Part shown: piece after piece, positions 45,607-54,088 of the stretch
How the letters are laid out: each line of letters starts with the position of its first letter
How positions within the stretch are numbered: position 1 is the stretch's first letter
Assembly: GCA_964640295.1 (NCBI GenBank)
Contig: CAZXFX010000008.1
Location: 3,153 to 67,152, forward strand
DNA length: 64,000 bases
Direction of reading: 5' to 3'
Origin: an uncultured Dehalococcoidia bacterium
GTDB lineage: Bacteria > Chloroflexota > Dehalococcoidia > Lucifugimonadales > UBA1123
The notes under the pieces: generated by a model
Told to the model about the DNA's origin: nothing
The model's input: the letters and a program-made list of their open reading frames with translations, nothing else
Database searches by the model: none
Translations under genes and position numbers: made by a program

Positions 45607-46224
45607 ATGCCAGAAGACATCGCGCTTTTCGACGCGCTCTATTCACAGCGAGCCATACGCTATTTCAAGCCGGACCCCGTTTCGGACGAACTAATCCACA
45701 AGCTGATAGAAGCCGCTACAAAGGCCCCTAGTGGAGGCAACCAACAGGGATGGAAATTTCTGGTCATACGCGATCAGGAAACCAAGAACGTCATCGGCGA
45801 CTACTATGAAAGAGGCTGGGAAGCCGCATACGGCAAGGACAACCCGAATCCTCCATCCATACAGTCGCACGTCCGTCGTTCCGCCGATTATCTCGCGCGG
45901 CACATGGCCGAGTCGCCCGTTCTCATAATGGCCTGCATAGAACACGACGGCGGCCCATCTACTATGGGACGCGGAAGTTCGGTATTCCCCGCCGTACAGA
46001 ATCTTCTATTAGCCGCTCGCGGACTTGGACTCGGAAGTTGCCTTACCAGCCTGCATAAGCGATATGAGGATGAGATAAAAGAGCTTCTCGACATTCCCGA
46101 TAATGTCGAGACCGCCGCCCTTCTGCCAGTCGGTTTTCCCGCCGACAACGCAAGATACGGCCCTACACGACGCGCGCCAGTCGAAGACGTAGCGTTCCGA
46201 GAAAAGTGGGGACAATCCTGGTAA
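45607..46224 (+). CDS. Nitroreductase family protein
   Basis: SQRAIRYFKPDPV, APSGGNQQGWKFLV, LLAARGLGLGSCLT. Confidence 0.8.
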   Translation: MPEDIALFDALYSQRAIRYFKPDPVSDELIHKLIEAATKAPSGGNQQGWKFLVIRDQETKNVIGDYYERGWEAAYGKDNPNPPSIQSHVRRSADYLARHMAESPVLIMACIEHDGGPSTMGRGSSVFPAVQNLLLAARGLGLGSCLTSLHKRYEDEIKELLDIPDNVETAALLPVGFPADNARYGPTRRAPVEDVAFREKWGQSW

Positions 46225-46286
46225 TGAAACGCTCTGCTATACTCTCAGAAGTCCAATAAGACCATAGAGCCATAGAGGAACATGAT

Positions 46287-47078
46287 ATGTCATACGAATT
46301 CCTTACCTACGAGCAGAAGGGGCGCGTCACCTACGTGACCATCAATCGTCCCGAACGCCTCAACGCGCTGCATCCGCCGGCGAACGCAGAGCTATACGAC
46401 GCTTTTACGCGATTCAACGACGACCCAGACGCTTGGGTCGCTATTATTACCGGCGCTGGCGAACGCGCCTTCAGCGCGGGAAACGACCTTAGATATACCG
46501 CTGAGAGCGATCAGCGCCGCGACGAGCCGGGAGCGCGAGCCCATCGCGCGCCGTTTGGCGGCATTACATCCAATTTCGAATGTTGGAAGCCCATTATAGC
46601 CGCCGTCAACGGTTATGCGCTCGGCGGCGGACTCGAAGTCGCCATGGCCTGCGACATCATCATAGCGGCCGACCATGCTCAACTCGGACTGCCCGAACCG
46701 CGCGTCGGGCTGTACGCCGGAGCGGGCGGCGTCTTCCGACTGCCTAGGCACGTCCCCACGAAGATAGCCATGGGAATGATGCTCACCGCGAGGCGAATAT
46801 CCGCTCAGGAAGCCTATCGCATCGGATTGGTGAACGAGGTTGTCCCGCTGGCCGATCTCATGCCGACCGCCGACCGCTGGGCGAACGAAATCCTGGAGTG
46901 CGCGCCACTGTCCGTCCGCGCCAGCAAGCAGATGGCATACCAGGGCGCGGATATGCCCTACGACATAGCCTTTAGCAGAAATTACAGCGAACAGCAAAAG
47001 CAGATAGCCTCCGCCGACCGCATTGAGGGACCAAGGGCTTTCTCCGAAAAGCGCGCCCCCAACTGGACCGCATCATAG
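46287..47078 (+). CDS. Enoyl-CoA hydratase/isomerase (crotonase) family protein
   Basis: VTINRPERLNAL, GERAFSAGNDL, AAVNGYALGGGLEVAMACDIIIA. Confidence 0.85.
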   Translation: MSYEFLTYEQKGRVTYVTINRPERLNALHPPANAELYDAFTRFNDDPDAWVAIITGAGERAFSAGNDLRYTAESDQRRDEPGARAHRAPFGGITSNFECWKPIIAAVNGYALGGGLEVAMACDIIIAADHAQLGLPEPRVGLYAGAGGVFRLPRHVPTKIAMGMMLTARRISAQEAYRIGLVNEVVPLADLMPTADRWANEILECAPLSVRASKQMAYQGADMPYDIAFSRNYSEQQKQIASADRIEGPRAFSEKRAPNWTAS

Positions 47079-47097
47079 AGCCAAACAGGAACCGAGA

Positions 47098-49701
47098 ATG
47101 ACATCACCCAACGAGTGGAAACTCCCAACGACCATCCGACCAAACCTCTACACCCTTACACTCGAACCTGACCTGGACAGCTTTACTTTCGCGGGAAGCG
47201 AGACCATAGCTATCGAGCTCGACGAGCCTGCGACTGCCATCAAGATGAACAGCGCTGAGATAGCGGTTCAGTTCGCAGTCCTCACGCTTCCCAACGGTTC
47301 GGAGCGCCAGCCTGAATCAATTACATTCGACGAGGAGAAGGAAACCGTGTCCTTCGACTTCGCCGAAGCTGTTCCGGCAGGGCCCGCAAAGCTCGCTATT
47401 GAGTTCACAGGAGAACTGAACGACAAGCTGCGCGGCTTCTACCGCTCGTCCTACACCGACGTAAACGGCGATCAACGCTGGATGGCAACGACTCAGTTCG
47501 AGTCCACCGACGCCCGCCGCGCCTTCCCCTGCTGGGACGAGCCTGCGGTCAAAGCCGCTTTCGACATCACGCTCATAGTCCCGCGGGAATTGGAGGCTAT
47601 ATCCAATACCGAACCGGTTTCGGTCTCGAACGGCGATAACGGCAAGAAGGTCGTCCGCTACGCAGAGACCCCTGTCATGTCAACGTATCTGCTCGCCTTC
47701 ATCGTGGGCGATTTGGCGTGCGTCCAGGACCGAACGCGAGACGGCGTTCTCATGCGCGTATGGGCGACCCGCGGCAACGAAGACAAAGGACGGTACGCGC
47801 TCGATACTTCGATGGCGCTGCTGGACTACTTCCACGACTATTTCGGCGTACCCTACCCTCTCACGAAGCTAGACCATATCGCCATTCCCGACTTCGCCGC
47901 CGGCGCGATGGAGAACTGGGGCGCGATAACCTACCGCGAAGTGGCTCTGCTGGTTGACCCGGTAAATAGTTCAGCCGGAACGAGGGAGATCGTCGCGGCG
48001 ATTATCTCGCATGAGATGGCTCACCAGTGGTTCGGCGATCTGGTCACGATGGAGTGGTGGGACGACCTCTGGCTCAACGAGAGCTTTGCGTCCTGGATGG
48101 GCGACAAGGCGGTTGACTACCTCCATCCCGAATGGGAAATGTGGACCCAGTTCATTACGCATGACACAAGCTCCGCCCTCAATCTGGATGGACTCCGCAA
48201 CTCTCATCCCATCGAGCAGCCAGTGAACAACCCCGCCGAGATAGGCGAACTGTTCGACGCCATCAGCTACTCCAAGGGTGGCTCGGTCCTCAGGATGCTG
48301 GAACATTTCCTTGGCGCGGACACCTTCCGGGAAGGGCTTCAGATCTATATCCAGCGACATCAGTACGCCAACGCCCGCACCCGCGACCTTTGGAATGCGC
48401 TGGGCGAGGCGTCCGGACAGCCCGTATCCGACATAATGGATAGCTGGACATCCCAAACGGGATACCCTGTTCTGGAAGCGACGGTAAACCGCTCGGGCGA
48501 CGAGATAGAAGTTGGGCTCTCGCAATCCCGCTTCCTCTACGACGAGATTCTGGGACAGGACGAATCCGACGATACTATATGGAAAGTTCCGGTAACCGCG
48601 AGGACAGCATCCAACGCCGAACCGGAGCGAAGACTTATGGAAACCGCCGAATCGGGGCTTACGCTACGGCCCGCGCCTTACGGCTCCACTGAAGAGTGGA
48701 TCAAGGTGAACCCAGGCCAGGCAGGTTTCTTCAGGGTGCAATACGCTGACGAAGAGATAGAACGCCTCAAGGCGCCCATTTCCAGTCTCACTCTGCCCGC
48801 TCAGGATCGGCTCGGCCTTCAGTCGGACGCCTACGCGCTAGTCAAAGCCGGACGCATTCCCGCCTCTGCCTACCTGAATCTAGTCGAGGCCTACTCAAAT
48901 GAAGACGACGCCTCGGTAGCGGGCGATTTAGCCGCCTCGCTAAACGCTCTCGACAACTTACTGTCCGCCGAGGACTTTCATACCGCCTATCAGGCTTTCG
49001 GACGTAGGGTATTCAAGCCCATCGGGGACCGCGCGGGCTGGGACCCGCGTCCCGAAGAGGGTCATCGAGACGCCCTTCTACGCGCTACCTCGCTCGCCCA
49101 ACTGGGCCATTTCGAGGACGATGAAACGCTTGGGGAAGCGCGCCGCAGATTCGACGGCTACGTCGAAGACCCATCCAGCCTGAGCGCCGATCTGCGCGTG
49201 GCCGCCTTCTCCATGTCAGCCCAGCGCGGCGACCGAGATCTCTATGAGACTATGTGGGAACTCGAAAAGCGAGCGACGCTGCATGAAGAGAGGCTGCGCT
49301 TCCTCAGAGCGCTGTCCAACTTCCCAGACCCGGAGCTAATACAGGAGACGCTGAATAGGTCGCTCGATGAAGATCACATTCGCAGCCAGGACACCATAAG
49401 CGTAATGGTCGCGACTGCGTCCAACCCAAATGGAAGAGAACTGGCGTGGCGATTCCTGAAAGATAACTGGGACGAGCTCGACCGGCGATACGGGGAAGGC
49501 GGATTCGCCATAATGCGACTCGTCAGTATAGCGTCGGTGTTCACCACCGCTGAAAAGCGAGAGGAAGTCCGCGAGTTCTTCGATTCGCATCCCGTTCAGT
49601 CCGCCGAGCGCACGATTCGCCAGGTTCTGGAAAGAATGTCCAACAATATCGCGTGGCTGGACAAGAACCGAGACGACTTGAACAACTGGCTCGTCGGATA
49701 G
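47098..49701 (+). CDS. pepN: Aminopeptidase N (M1 family zinc metallopeptidase)
   Basis: GAMENWG exopeptidase motif, and HEMAHQWFGDLVTMEWWDDLWLNESFA (HExxH plus E). The start is at MTSPNEW. Confidence 0.9.
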   Translation: MTSPNEWKLPTTIRPNLYTLTLEPDLDSFTFAGSETIAIELDEPATAIKMNSAEIAVQFAVLTLPNGSERQPESITFDEEKETVSFDFAEAVPAGPAKLAIEFTGELNDKLRGFYRSSYTDVNGDQRWMATTQFESTDARRAFPCWDEPAVKAAFDITLIVPRELEAISNTEPVSVSNGDNGKKVVRYAETPVMSTYLLAFIVGDLACVQDRTRDGVLMRVWATRGNEDKGRYALDTSMALLDYFHDYFGVPYPLTKLDHIAIPDFAAGAMENWGAITYREVALLVDPVNSSAGTREIVAAIISHEMAHQWFGDLVTMEWWDDLWLNESFASWMGDKAVDYLHPEWEMWTQFITHDTSSALNLDGLRNSHPIEQPVNNPAEIGELFDAISYSKGGSVLRMLEHFLGADTFREGLQIYIQRHQYANARTRDLWNALGEASGQPVSDIMDSWTSQTGYPVLEATVNRSGDEIEVGLSQSRFLYDEILGQDESDDTIWKVPVTARTASNAEPERRLMETAESGLTLRPAPYGSTEEWIKVNPGQAGFFRVQYADEEIERLKAPISSLTLPAQDRLGLQSDAYALVKAGRIPASAYLNLVEAYSNEDDASVAGDLAASLNALDNLLSAEDFHTAYQAFGRRVFKPIGDRAGWDPRPEEGHRDALLRATSLAQLGHFEDDETLGEARRRFDGYVEDPSSLSADLRVAAFSMSAQRGDRDLYETMWELEKRATLHEERLRFLRALSNFPDPELIQETLNRSLDEDHIRSQDTISVMVATASNPNGRELAWRFLKDNWDELDRRYGEGGFAIMRLVSIASVFTTAEKREEVREFFDSHPVQSAERTIRQVLERMSNNIAWLDKNRDDLNNWLVG

Positions 49702-49775
49702 CCGGCGGCGTCGCCAATCAAGAAGACGTTCTCGACACGCATGGATATTCAAATCTTCACAAATCATCGCGTAGT

Positions 49776-50522
49776 GTGAATCCATTGAGAAACCTGATTG
49801 ACAGGGCCGCGAGTCTTTGGACTCCGGCCCTCGATGTTCTCTTCCCCATCAGATGCCTGGGATGCGGCGCTGCCGGGCGATTTATCTGTCCGGACTGCGT
49901 GGCGCGAATGCCCCGACTGGAAGAGCCATACTGCGAGATATGCGCGAATCCGGGCACAGAGGGCATCTGTGGGTGGTGTCTAGACAGAGAACCTGAGATA
50001 GATCAGATAAGAGCGCCTTATCTCTATTTGCCGTCCAGCCCTATTTACAAGGCTATCGCGCTCCTGAAGTACCAGGGGATAAGGGCGCTCGCCCCCGAAC
50101 TCGCGGAGCTGCTCGCCCAGTTCATCGAAGAATCTCCCGCTCGGTTCGACTGCATAGCGTCTGTCGTAAGTCACCGTTCGCGCGAGCGGCGGCGCGGATA
50201 CAGCCAAGCGTCCCTGATAGCCTCTCATTTGGGCAAAACGCTTGATTTGCCAGTCATCGAGGACGGGCTCGTTCGGGTCAAGAACGCGCCTTCACAGCTT
50301 TCCGCCAAGTCCAGAGAGCGACGCTGGGACAACGTGCAACAGAACTTCGTATGCCGCAGCGATCTGAGCGGAGCGGTGACGCTGCTGATTGACGACCTCG
50401 TAACTACTGGGGCCACCGCGGCCTCAGCGGCCCACGCGCTGAAGAGCGCCGGCGCGCTCAGTGTCTTCTGCGTCGCGCTGGCCAGAACCGCGCCCGGAGC
50501 GGTGGCCGCTAAAATTAGCTGA
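49776..50522 (+). CDS. comF: ComF-family protein (amidophosphoribosyltransferase-like, ComFC)
   Basis: N-terminal Cys clusters CLGCG...CPDC...CEIC...CGWC. PRTase motif LIDDLVTTGATAASA. The start is uncertain; I propose the GTG at 49776, and the ORF stays open from 49653, overlapping the pepN end. Confidence 0.7.
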   Translation: MNPLRNLIDRAASLWTPALDVLFPIRCLGCGAAGRFICPDCVARMPRLEEPYCEICANPGTEGICGWCLDREPEIDQIRAPYLYLPSSPIYKAIALLKYQGIRALAPELAELLAQFIEESPARFDCIASVVSHRSRERRRGYSQASLIASHLGKTLDLPVIEDGLVRVKNAPSQLSAKSRERRWDNVQQNFVCRSDLSGAVTLLIDDLVTTGATAASAAHALKSAGALSVFCVALARTAPGAVAAKIS

Positions 50523-50665
50523 AGGTTCTTTTCGCTTTGTTGGATTAACTCGCTCCGCTATATATAATGGGAATTGCGCTAAATGGATTCTCATACCATC
50601 GCAAGTTAGTGAAGACATCGAACCTCAGATTGCCGAAACGATAGGCCAAAGGTGTTGACCTCAGT

Positions 50666-51133
50666 ATGCTAAAGATAGGCAGTCCGGCGCCGGACTTCCA
50701 GATCACTCTCGGTTCAGGGGAAACGTTTACGCTCTCAGACCACAGGGGGCAGAACGTCGTCATATTCTTCTTCATACGGGCTTTCACTTACGGGTGAGAA
50801 AACCAGGTAAGGGGTTTCGGTGAAATCCATGACAAACTGTCTGCGATGAACGCTGAGGTCATCGGAATAAGCGGCGACGGCGCGGACAGGATGAAGCGAT
50901 TCGGCGACTCTATTGGCATCCCGTTCGAGTTGGGGAGTGACTCATCCGGGGATGTTCGACGCCTTTATGAAGTACAGCGACGGTTTCGTCTGGGCACATC
51001 CAGGATAACTTACGTGATTGACGCCGAGGGAGTGGTTCGAGGCGCCTTCCACAATGAGCTGTCCATGAGCAGTCACAGCAAGAACGCGCTCAAAACGCTT
51101 GAGAGCGTCGTAGCCGACAGTCAGATCGGCTGA
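50666..51133 (+). CDS. bcp: BCP-type peroxiredoxin with an in-frame TGA at the peroxidatic Cys position (candidate selenoprotein, otherwise a nonsense pseudogene)
   Basis: A single frame reads MLKIGSPAPDFQITLGSGETFTLSDHRGQNVVIFFFIRAFTYG-TGA(50795-50797)-ENQVRGFGEIHDKLSAMNAEVIGISGDG...SRITYVIDAEG. The motif TxxC is replaced by T-Y-G-TGA. Confidence 0.6.
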
Positions 51134-51177
51134 CTGAGCGTTAGACGGACTGCCAGTCTTGCGTCGAACCTTACCCT

Positions 51178-51206
51178 AAGGGCCGAACGCGACGCGTTCG
51201 GCCCTT
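51178..51206. terminator. Perfect 14-bp palindrome between convergent genes (bidirectional terminator candidate)
   Basis: AAGGGCCGAACGCG-a-CGCGTTCGGCCCTT. Confidence 0.55.
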
Positions 51207-51238
51207 GTCGCTAACCTGCGAGTTCTCGCGCTGGGCGA

Positions 51239-52111
51239 TTATACCCTCTCGAACTTGGATACCCTCTCGCCTTGCCCTATCTCGGTAACGTAGATGCTGC
51301 CGTGAGAGTCAACGCATATCCCGTGTCCGCCTATAAGCGTACCCAGTCCCGCGCCCTCATTGCCGCGCCAGCGGGTGATGAGTTCACCGTCCATCGTCCA
51401 TATACTCACGCCGTTTCCGCCGCCCTGCTCTATTACGTAGATGATGTCGTCATGTATCCAGAGGTCTCCGGGAGCGGTCATGTCCGTCCACTCTTCGATG
51501 AAATTGCCCTCATCATCGAATATCTGCATTCGATCATTCTCGCGGTCTGCGATATAGACCCGGCTGTTCTTGTCCACCCAGATATTGTGGAGCAGCGCGA
51601 ACTCGCCCGGGCCGGTCCCTTCCCTGCCCCAGGACTTGATTAGCTCGCCTTCGGCAGAGAACTTGTGAACGCGATGTCCTCCGTACCCATCCGAGACGAA
51701 CAGGCAGCCATCCGGCGCGATTGCCAGACCGGAAGGCATATTGAAGGGCAGTCCTTGGAATGACGGAGATGGAGCGAGCTTTTCGCCTAGAGTGCGCAGC
51801 GGCTCGCCGCCGGGCGTGTACTCGGTGGCGATGTGGTAGTCTCTATCAACCAGCCAGACGTTGTCATTCGGCGCGATATATATCCCGTGGGGGTTCGCCG
51901 AGAAAGTTCCTTCGCCCCATGAGCTTATGAAATTGCCGTCCGTATCCCAAATAGTCAGCGGATGCAAGCCTCGGCTGAAGATATACACCTCATCCTTAGA
52001 GTTCACGGCTCCGTCGGAGGCGGCTCCGAACTCCCAGTACTTGGGCATATTGGGCCACTGCTCCACTCGTTCGTATTGAAAATCGCCCGATCCTACAACT
52101 GCCATTATCAT
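51239..52111 (-). CDS. NHL-repeat six-bladed beta-propeller protein (peptidyl-alpha-hydroxyglycine amidating lyase-like)
   Basis: Recurring blade motifs: PHGIYIAPNDNVWLVDR, PSGLAIAPDGCLFVSDGY, LHNIWVDKNSRVYIADREN, GHGICVDSHGSIYVTE. Confidence 0.75.
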   Translation of the reverse strand: MIMAVVGSGDFQYERVEQWPNMPKYWEFGAASDGAVNSKDEVYIFSRGLHPLTIWDTDGNFISSWGEGTFSANPHGIYIAPNDNVWLVDRDYHIATEYTPGGEPLRTLGEKLAPSPSFQGLPFNMPSGLAIAPDGCLFVSDGYGGHRVHKFSAEGELIKSWGREGTGPGEFALLHNIWVDKNSRVYIADRENDRMQIFDDEGNFIEEWTDMTAPGDLWIHDDIIYVIEQGGGNGVSIWTMDGELITRWRGNEGAGLGTLIGGHGICVDSHGSIYVTEIGQGERVSKFERV

Positions 52112-52360
52112 TTGCCTCCTGAGTTTTCTGCCTTCTTGGCAGGCGCTACGATTTTATTTCCCAGAGTCCAGACCGTCAACCGAGCCGTTCGATCTTTGAT
52201 CTGATGACCGACTGGGGACGAACCTGATATCTGAGAGTGGCAGGTGTTTTTGCGCGATGTTGGGTACGTTGGCGCACATAGCGCACTCATGTTCTTAAAT
52301 GTGATTATAGCATAGGCAAGGGGGAGTTGGAATGGTGAATTGAGAAGGGTGAATTTGGAA

Positions 52361-52445
52361 TTATCTGACGTCTGATTGGGGTTGAGCCTTCCGCCGTTGA
52401 TGCGCTGAGAGGGGGAAGGGATTTTGCAAGGTTGGTGGGACGTTT
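52361..52445 (-). repeat. Diverged inverse-orientation copy (D1) of the roughly 100-bp element
   Basis: GCTGAGAGGGGGAAGGGATTTTGCAAGGTTGGTGGGACG resembles the reverse complement of ...CCACATTGCGCAAAAGTCCCTTCC.... It shares the left flank GGTGAATTTGGAATT[AG]TCTG with the copy at 57507. Confidence 0.4.
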
Positions 52446-52513
52446 GCCTACCCCTATGAGACCTCAGCCATATAGGGGGTGGTGGCGTGGCGTGGCGCCG
52501 GCCAAGCTTATGC

Positions 52514-52772
52514 GAAATATCTTCTGGTTTATAGCGCTCTGGTGAGCCTGCAGGCGGCTTGCAGGTGTCTTCTGGTGGGTTTCAGGTGGAATATGTCGCC
52601 TGTATCCACCTGCAGGCCACCTGCAAAGACCTGTATTCACCAGTTCAGAGGTTTTTTTCTGCGCTCGCTCGGACTGGTTGATAAGTTCTGGTTTATGGGT
52701 CGTTAGTTGTTAGATTGGCTTGCGTAATTTACGCATATTTGTTCTTGGGTTGTGAGTATTGTAGCATAGGGT
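52514..52772 (-). repeat. Right arm of the long inverted repeat (partner 39127-39357)
   Basis: The strings ...CCACCTGCAAAGACCTGTATTCACCAGTTCAGAG... and ...GGACTGGTTGATAA[GC]TTCTGGT... and ...TATTTGTTCT...GTATTGTAGCATAG are reverse complements of the left arm. A roughly 30-bp insertion sits at about 52690-52725. Confidence 0.7.
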
Positions 52773-52879
52773 GGGGGGAATTGGGAATGGTGAATTTAGA
52801 ATATCGAAACCGAGTAGATTCGAACCGAAACGCCGAAAGCATGCTGATATTTGGAAATACTCGGATTTGAGGACCGCCG

Positions 52880-53932
52880 ATGCTTAAAGAGTTTGGACAT
52901 CTCTACCGCGAGGAAGTTAGGGCGGAGGCGGAGCGCAGGTTCAAGTTGGAGCGCGTCGGCTCGATGCCTCTCAGGGGAAGCCACAGCTATGTCTTCGAGT
53001 ATACGGGCGACGCCGCTTCTTCCGTGATACTCAAGATAACCCATAGCTCTCATCGAGAGACGCGACAGATACTGGGAGAACTCGATTTCACGAACTATCT
53101 TGCCGACAACGGATTGAACGTATCACGGTCCGTGCCGTCTGCGGTCGGGAAATCGGTCGAAACGCTGGAAGCCGATTCTGGCTACTTTCTGGCTACCGCG
53201 TATGAGAAGGCGCCGGGCGCGCTGGTGGACTGGCGCGAGTGGACGCCCAACCTGTTCGAGCAATGGGGAGCGCTGATAGGGCGAATGCACACTCTGTCGA
53301 AGGAGTACCAACCGTCCGACGAATCGCTGCGCCGCAGACACTGGCATGAAGATAGAGACTGGGAACTGGATTCCAGCGTACCCGAATCTCGCTTGGAATT
53401 TCGGCGTTATGGGCAGAGAGTCAAGGACTGGCTGCTCTCGCTGCCGGCGGATAGAGATGCCTACGGCCTTATACACTCCGACCTGCACCAGTGGAATATG
53501 CTCTACGACGGTTCCGAGCTCTGGCCGATAGACTTCGACAATCTGCATTACGACTGGTTCTTGTCCGACTTTACCACTGTCATCATCAATGCGGTCATTT
53601 GCCAGTCCCATAGCTATAAGCGCGCCGAGTACGACGAGTGGACCGGCGGTCGGAAGATGGACAGCGCAGCGTTTCTGGACTACTTCATGGAGCCGTTCCT
53701 GAGCGGATACCGGCAGATGAACGATATCGAGCCGATCTGGATTCGCCGTCTCCCTCGATTTTTGCGCCGACACTATTTCACGTTTTACGTGGACGCCCTC
53801 TGTGATCCAGGATTCACAGACCTCTCAGAAGAAGAGCAAGCCGCCGAATTTCCGTGGCGCTCGATGGCGCAGCTAGAGGAGGAAGTCCGAACCGAATTCT
53901 GGCGGCAGTTCGACTTTTCGAAATTCGCTTGA
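52880..53932 (+). CDS. Phosphotransferase (aminoglycoside/choline kinase-like, APH) family protein
   Basis: Catalytic loop LIHSDLHQWNMLY and the metal-binding segment PIDFDNLHYDWF. Confidence 0.75.
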   Translation: MLKEFGHLYREEVRAEAERRFKLERVGSMPLRGSHSYVFEYTGDAASSVILKITHSSHRETRQILGELDFTNYLADNGLNVSRSVPSAVGKSVETLEADSGYFLATAYEKAPGALVDWREWTPNLFEQWGALIGRMHTLSKEYQPSDESLRRRHWHEDRDWELDSSVPESRLEFRRYGQRVKDWLLSLPADRDAYGLIHSDLHQWNMLYDGSELWPIDFDNLHYDWFLSDFTTVIINAVICQSHSYKRAEYDEWTGGRKMDSAAFLDYFMEPFLSGYRQMNDIEPIWIRRLPRFLRRHYFTFYVDALCDPGFTDLSEEEQAAEFPWRSMAQLEEEVRTEFWRQFDFSKFA

Positions 53933-53996
53933 TTTTCGCGCAACTTAGGGCGGCGACTGAACTGAATTGATATTGGTTGCGCCATATATAGGGCAG

Positions 53997-54024
53997 TTGC
54001 CGGGTGGTTAGCGTTTGGTATAAT
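53997..54024 (+). promoter_or_regulatory. Candidate promoter with an extended -10 upstream of the S8 peptidase
   Basis: TTGCCG (53997-54002), a 16-nt spacer that ends in TGG, then TATAAT (54019-54024). Confidence 0.4.
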
Positions 54025-54088
54025 CCGTTGCGATTGATTGATTTTCGCTTAGGATGATGATTTAAGCGTTCCATATCCACTGAGTGCA

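Noticed and set aside
52395-52440. GCTGAGAGGGG motif in repeat copies D1 and E, considered as a TPP-riboswitch-like CUGAGA box.
   Set aside because: The other conserved TPP-riboswitch segments (the ACCUGAUCUGGAUAAUGCCAGCG-type P4/P5) are absent. The motif is simply the reverse complement of part of the dispersed repeat.
52800-52840. GATTCGAACC string resembling a tRNA T-loop.
   Set aside because: The flanking bases do not form a T-stem, and no acceptor or anticodon stems could be built. I found no tRNA anywhere in the window.
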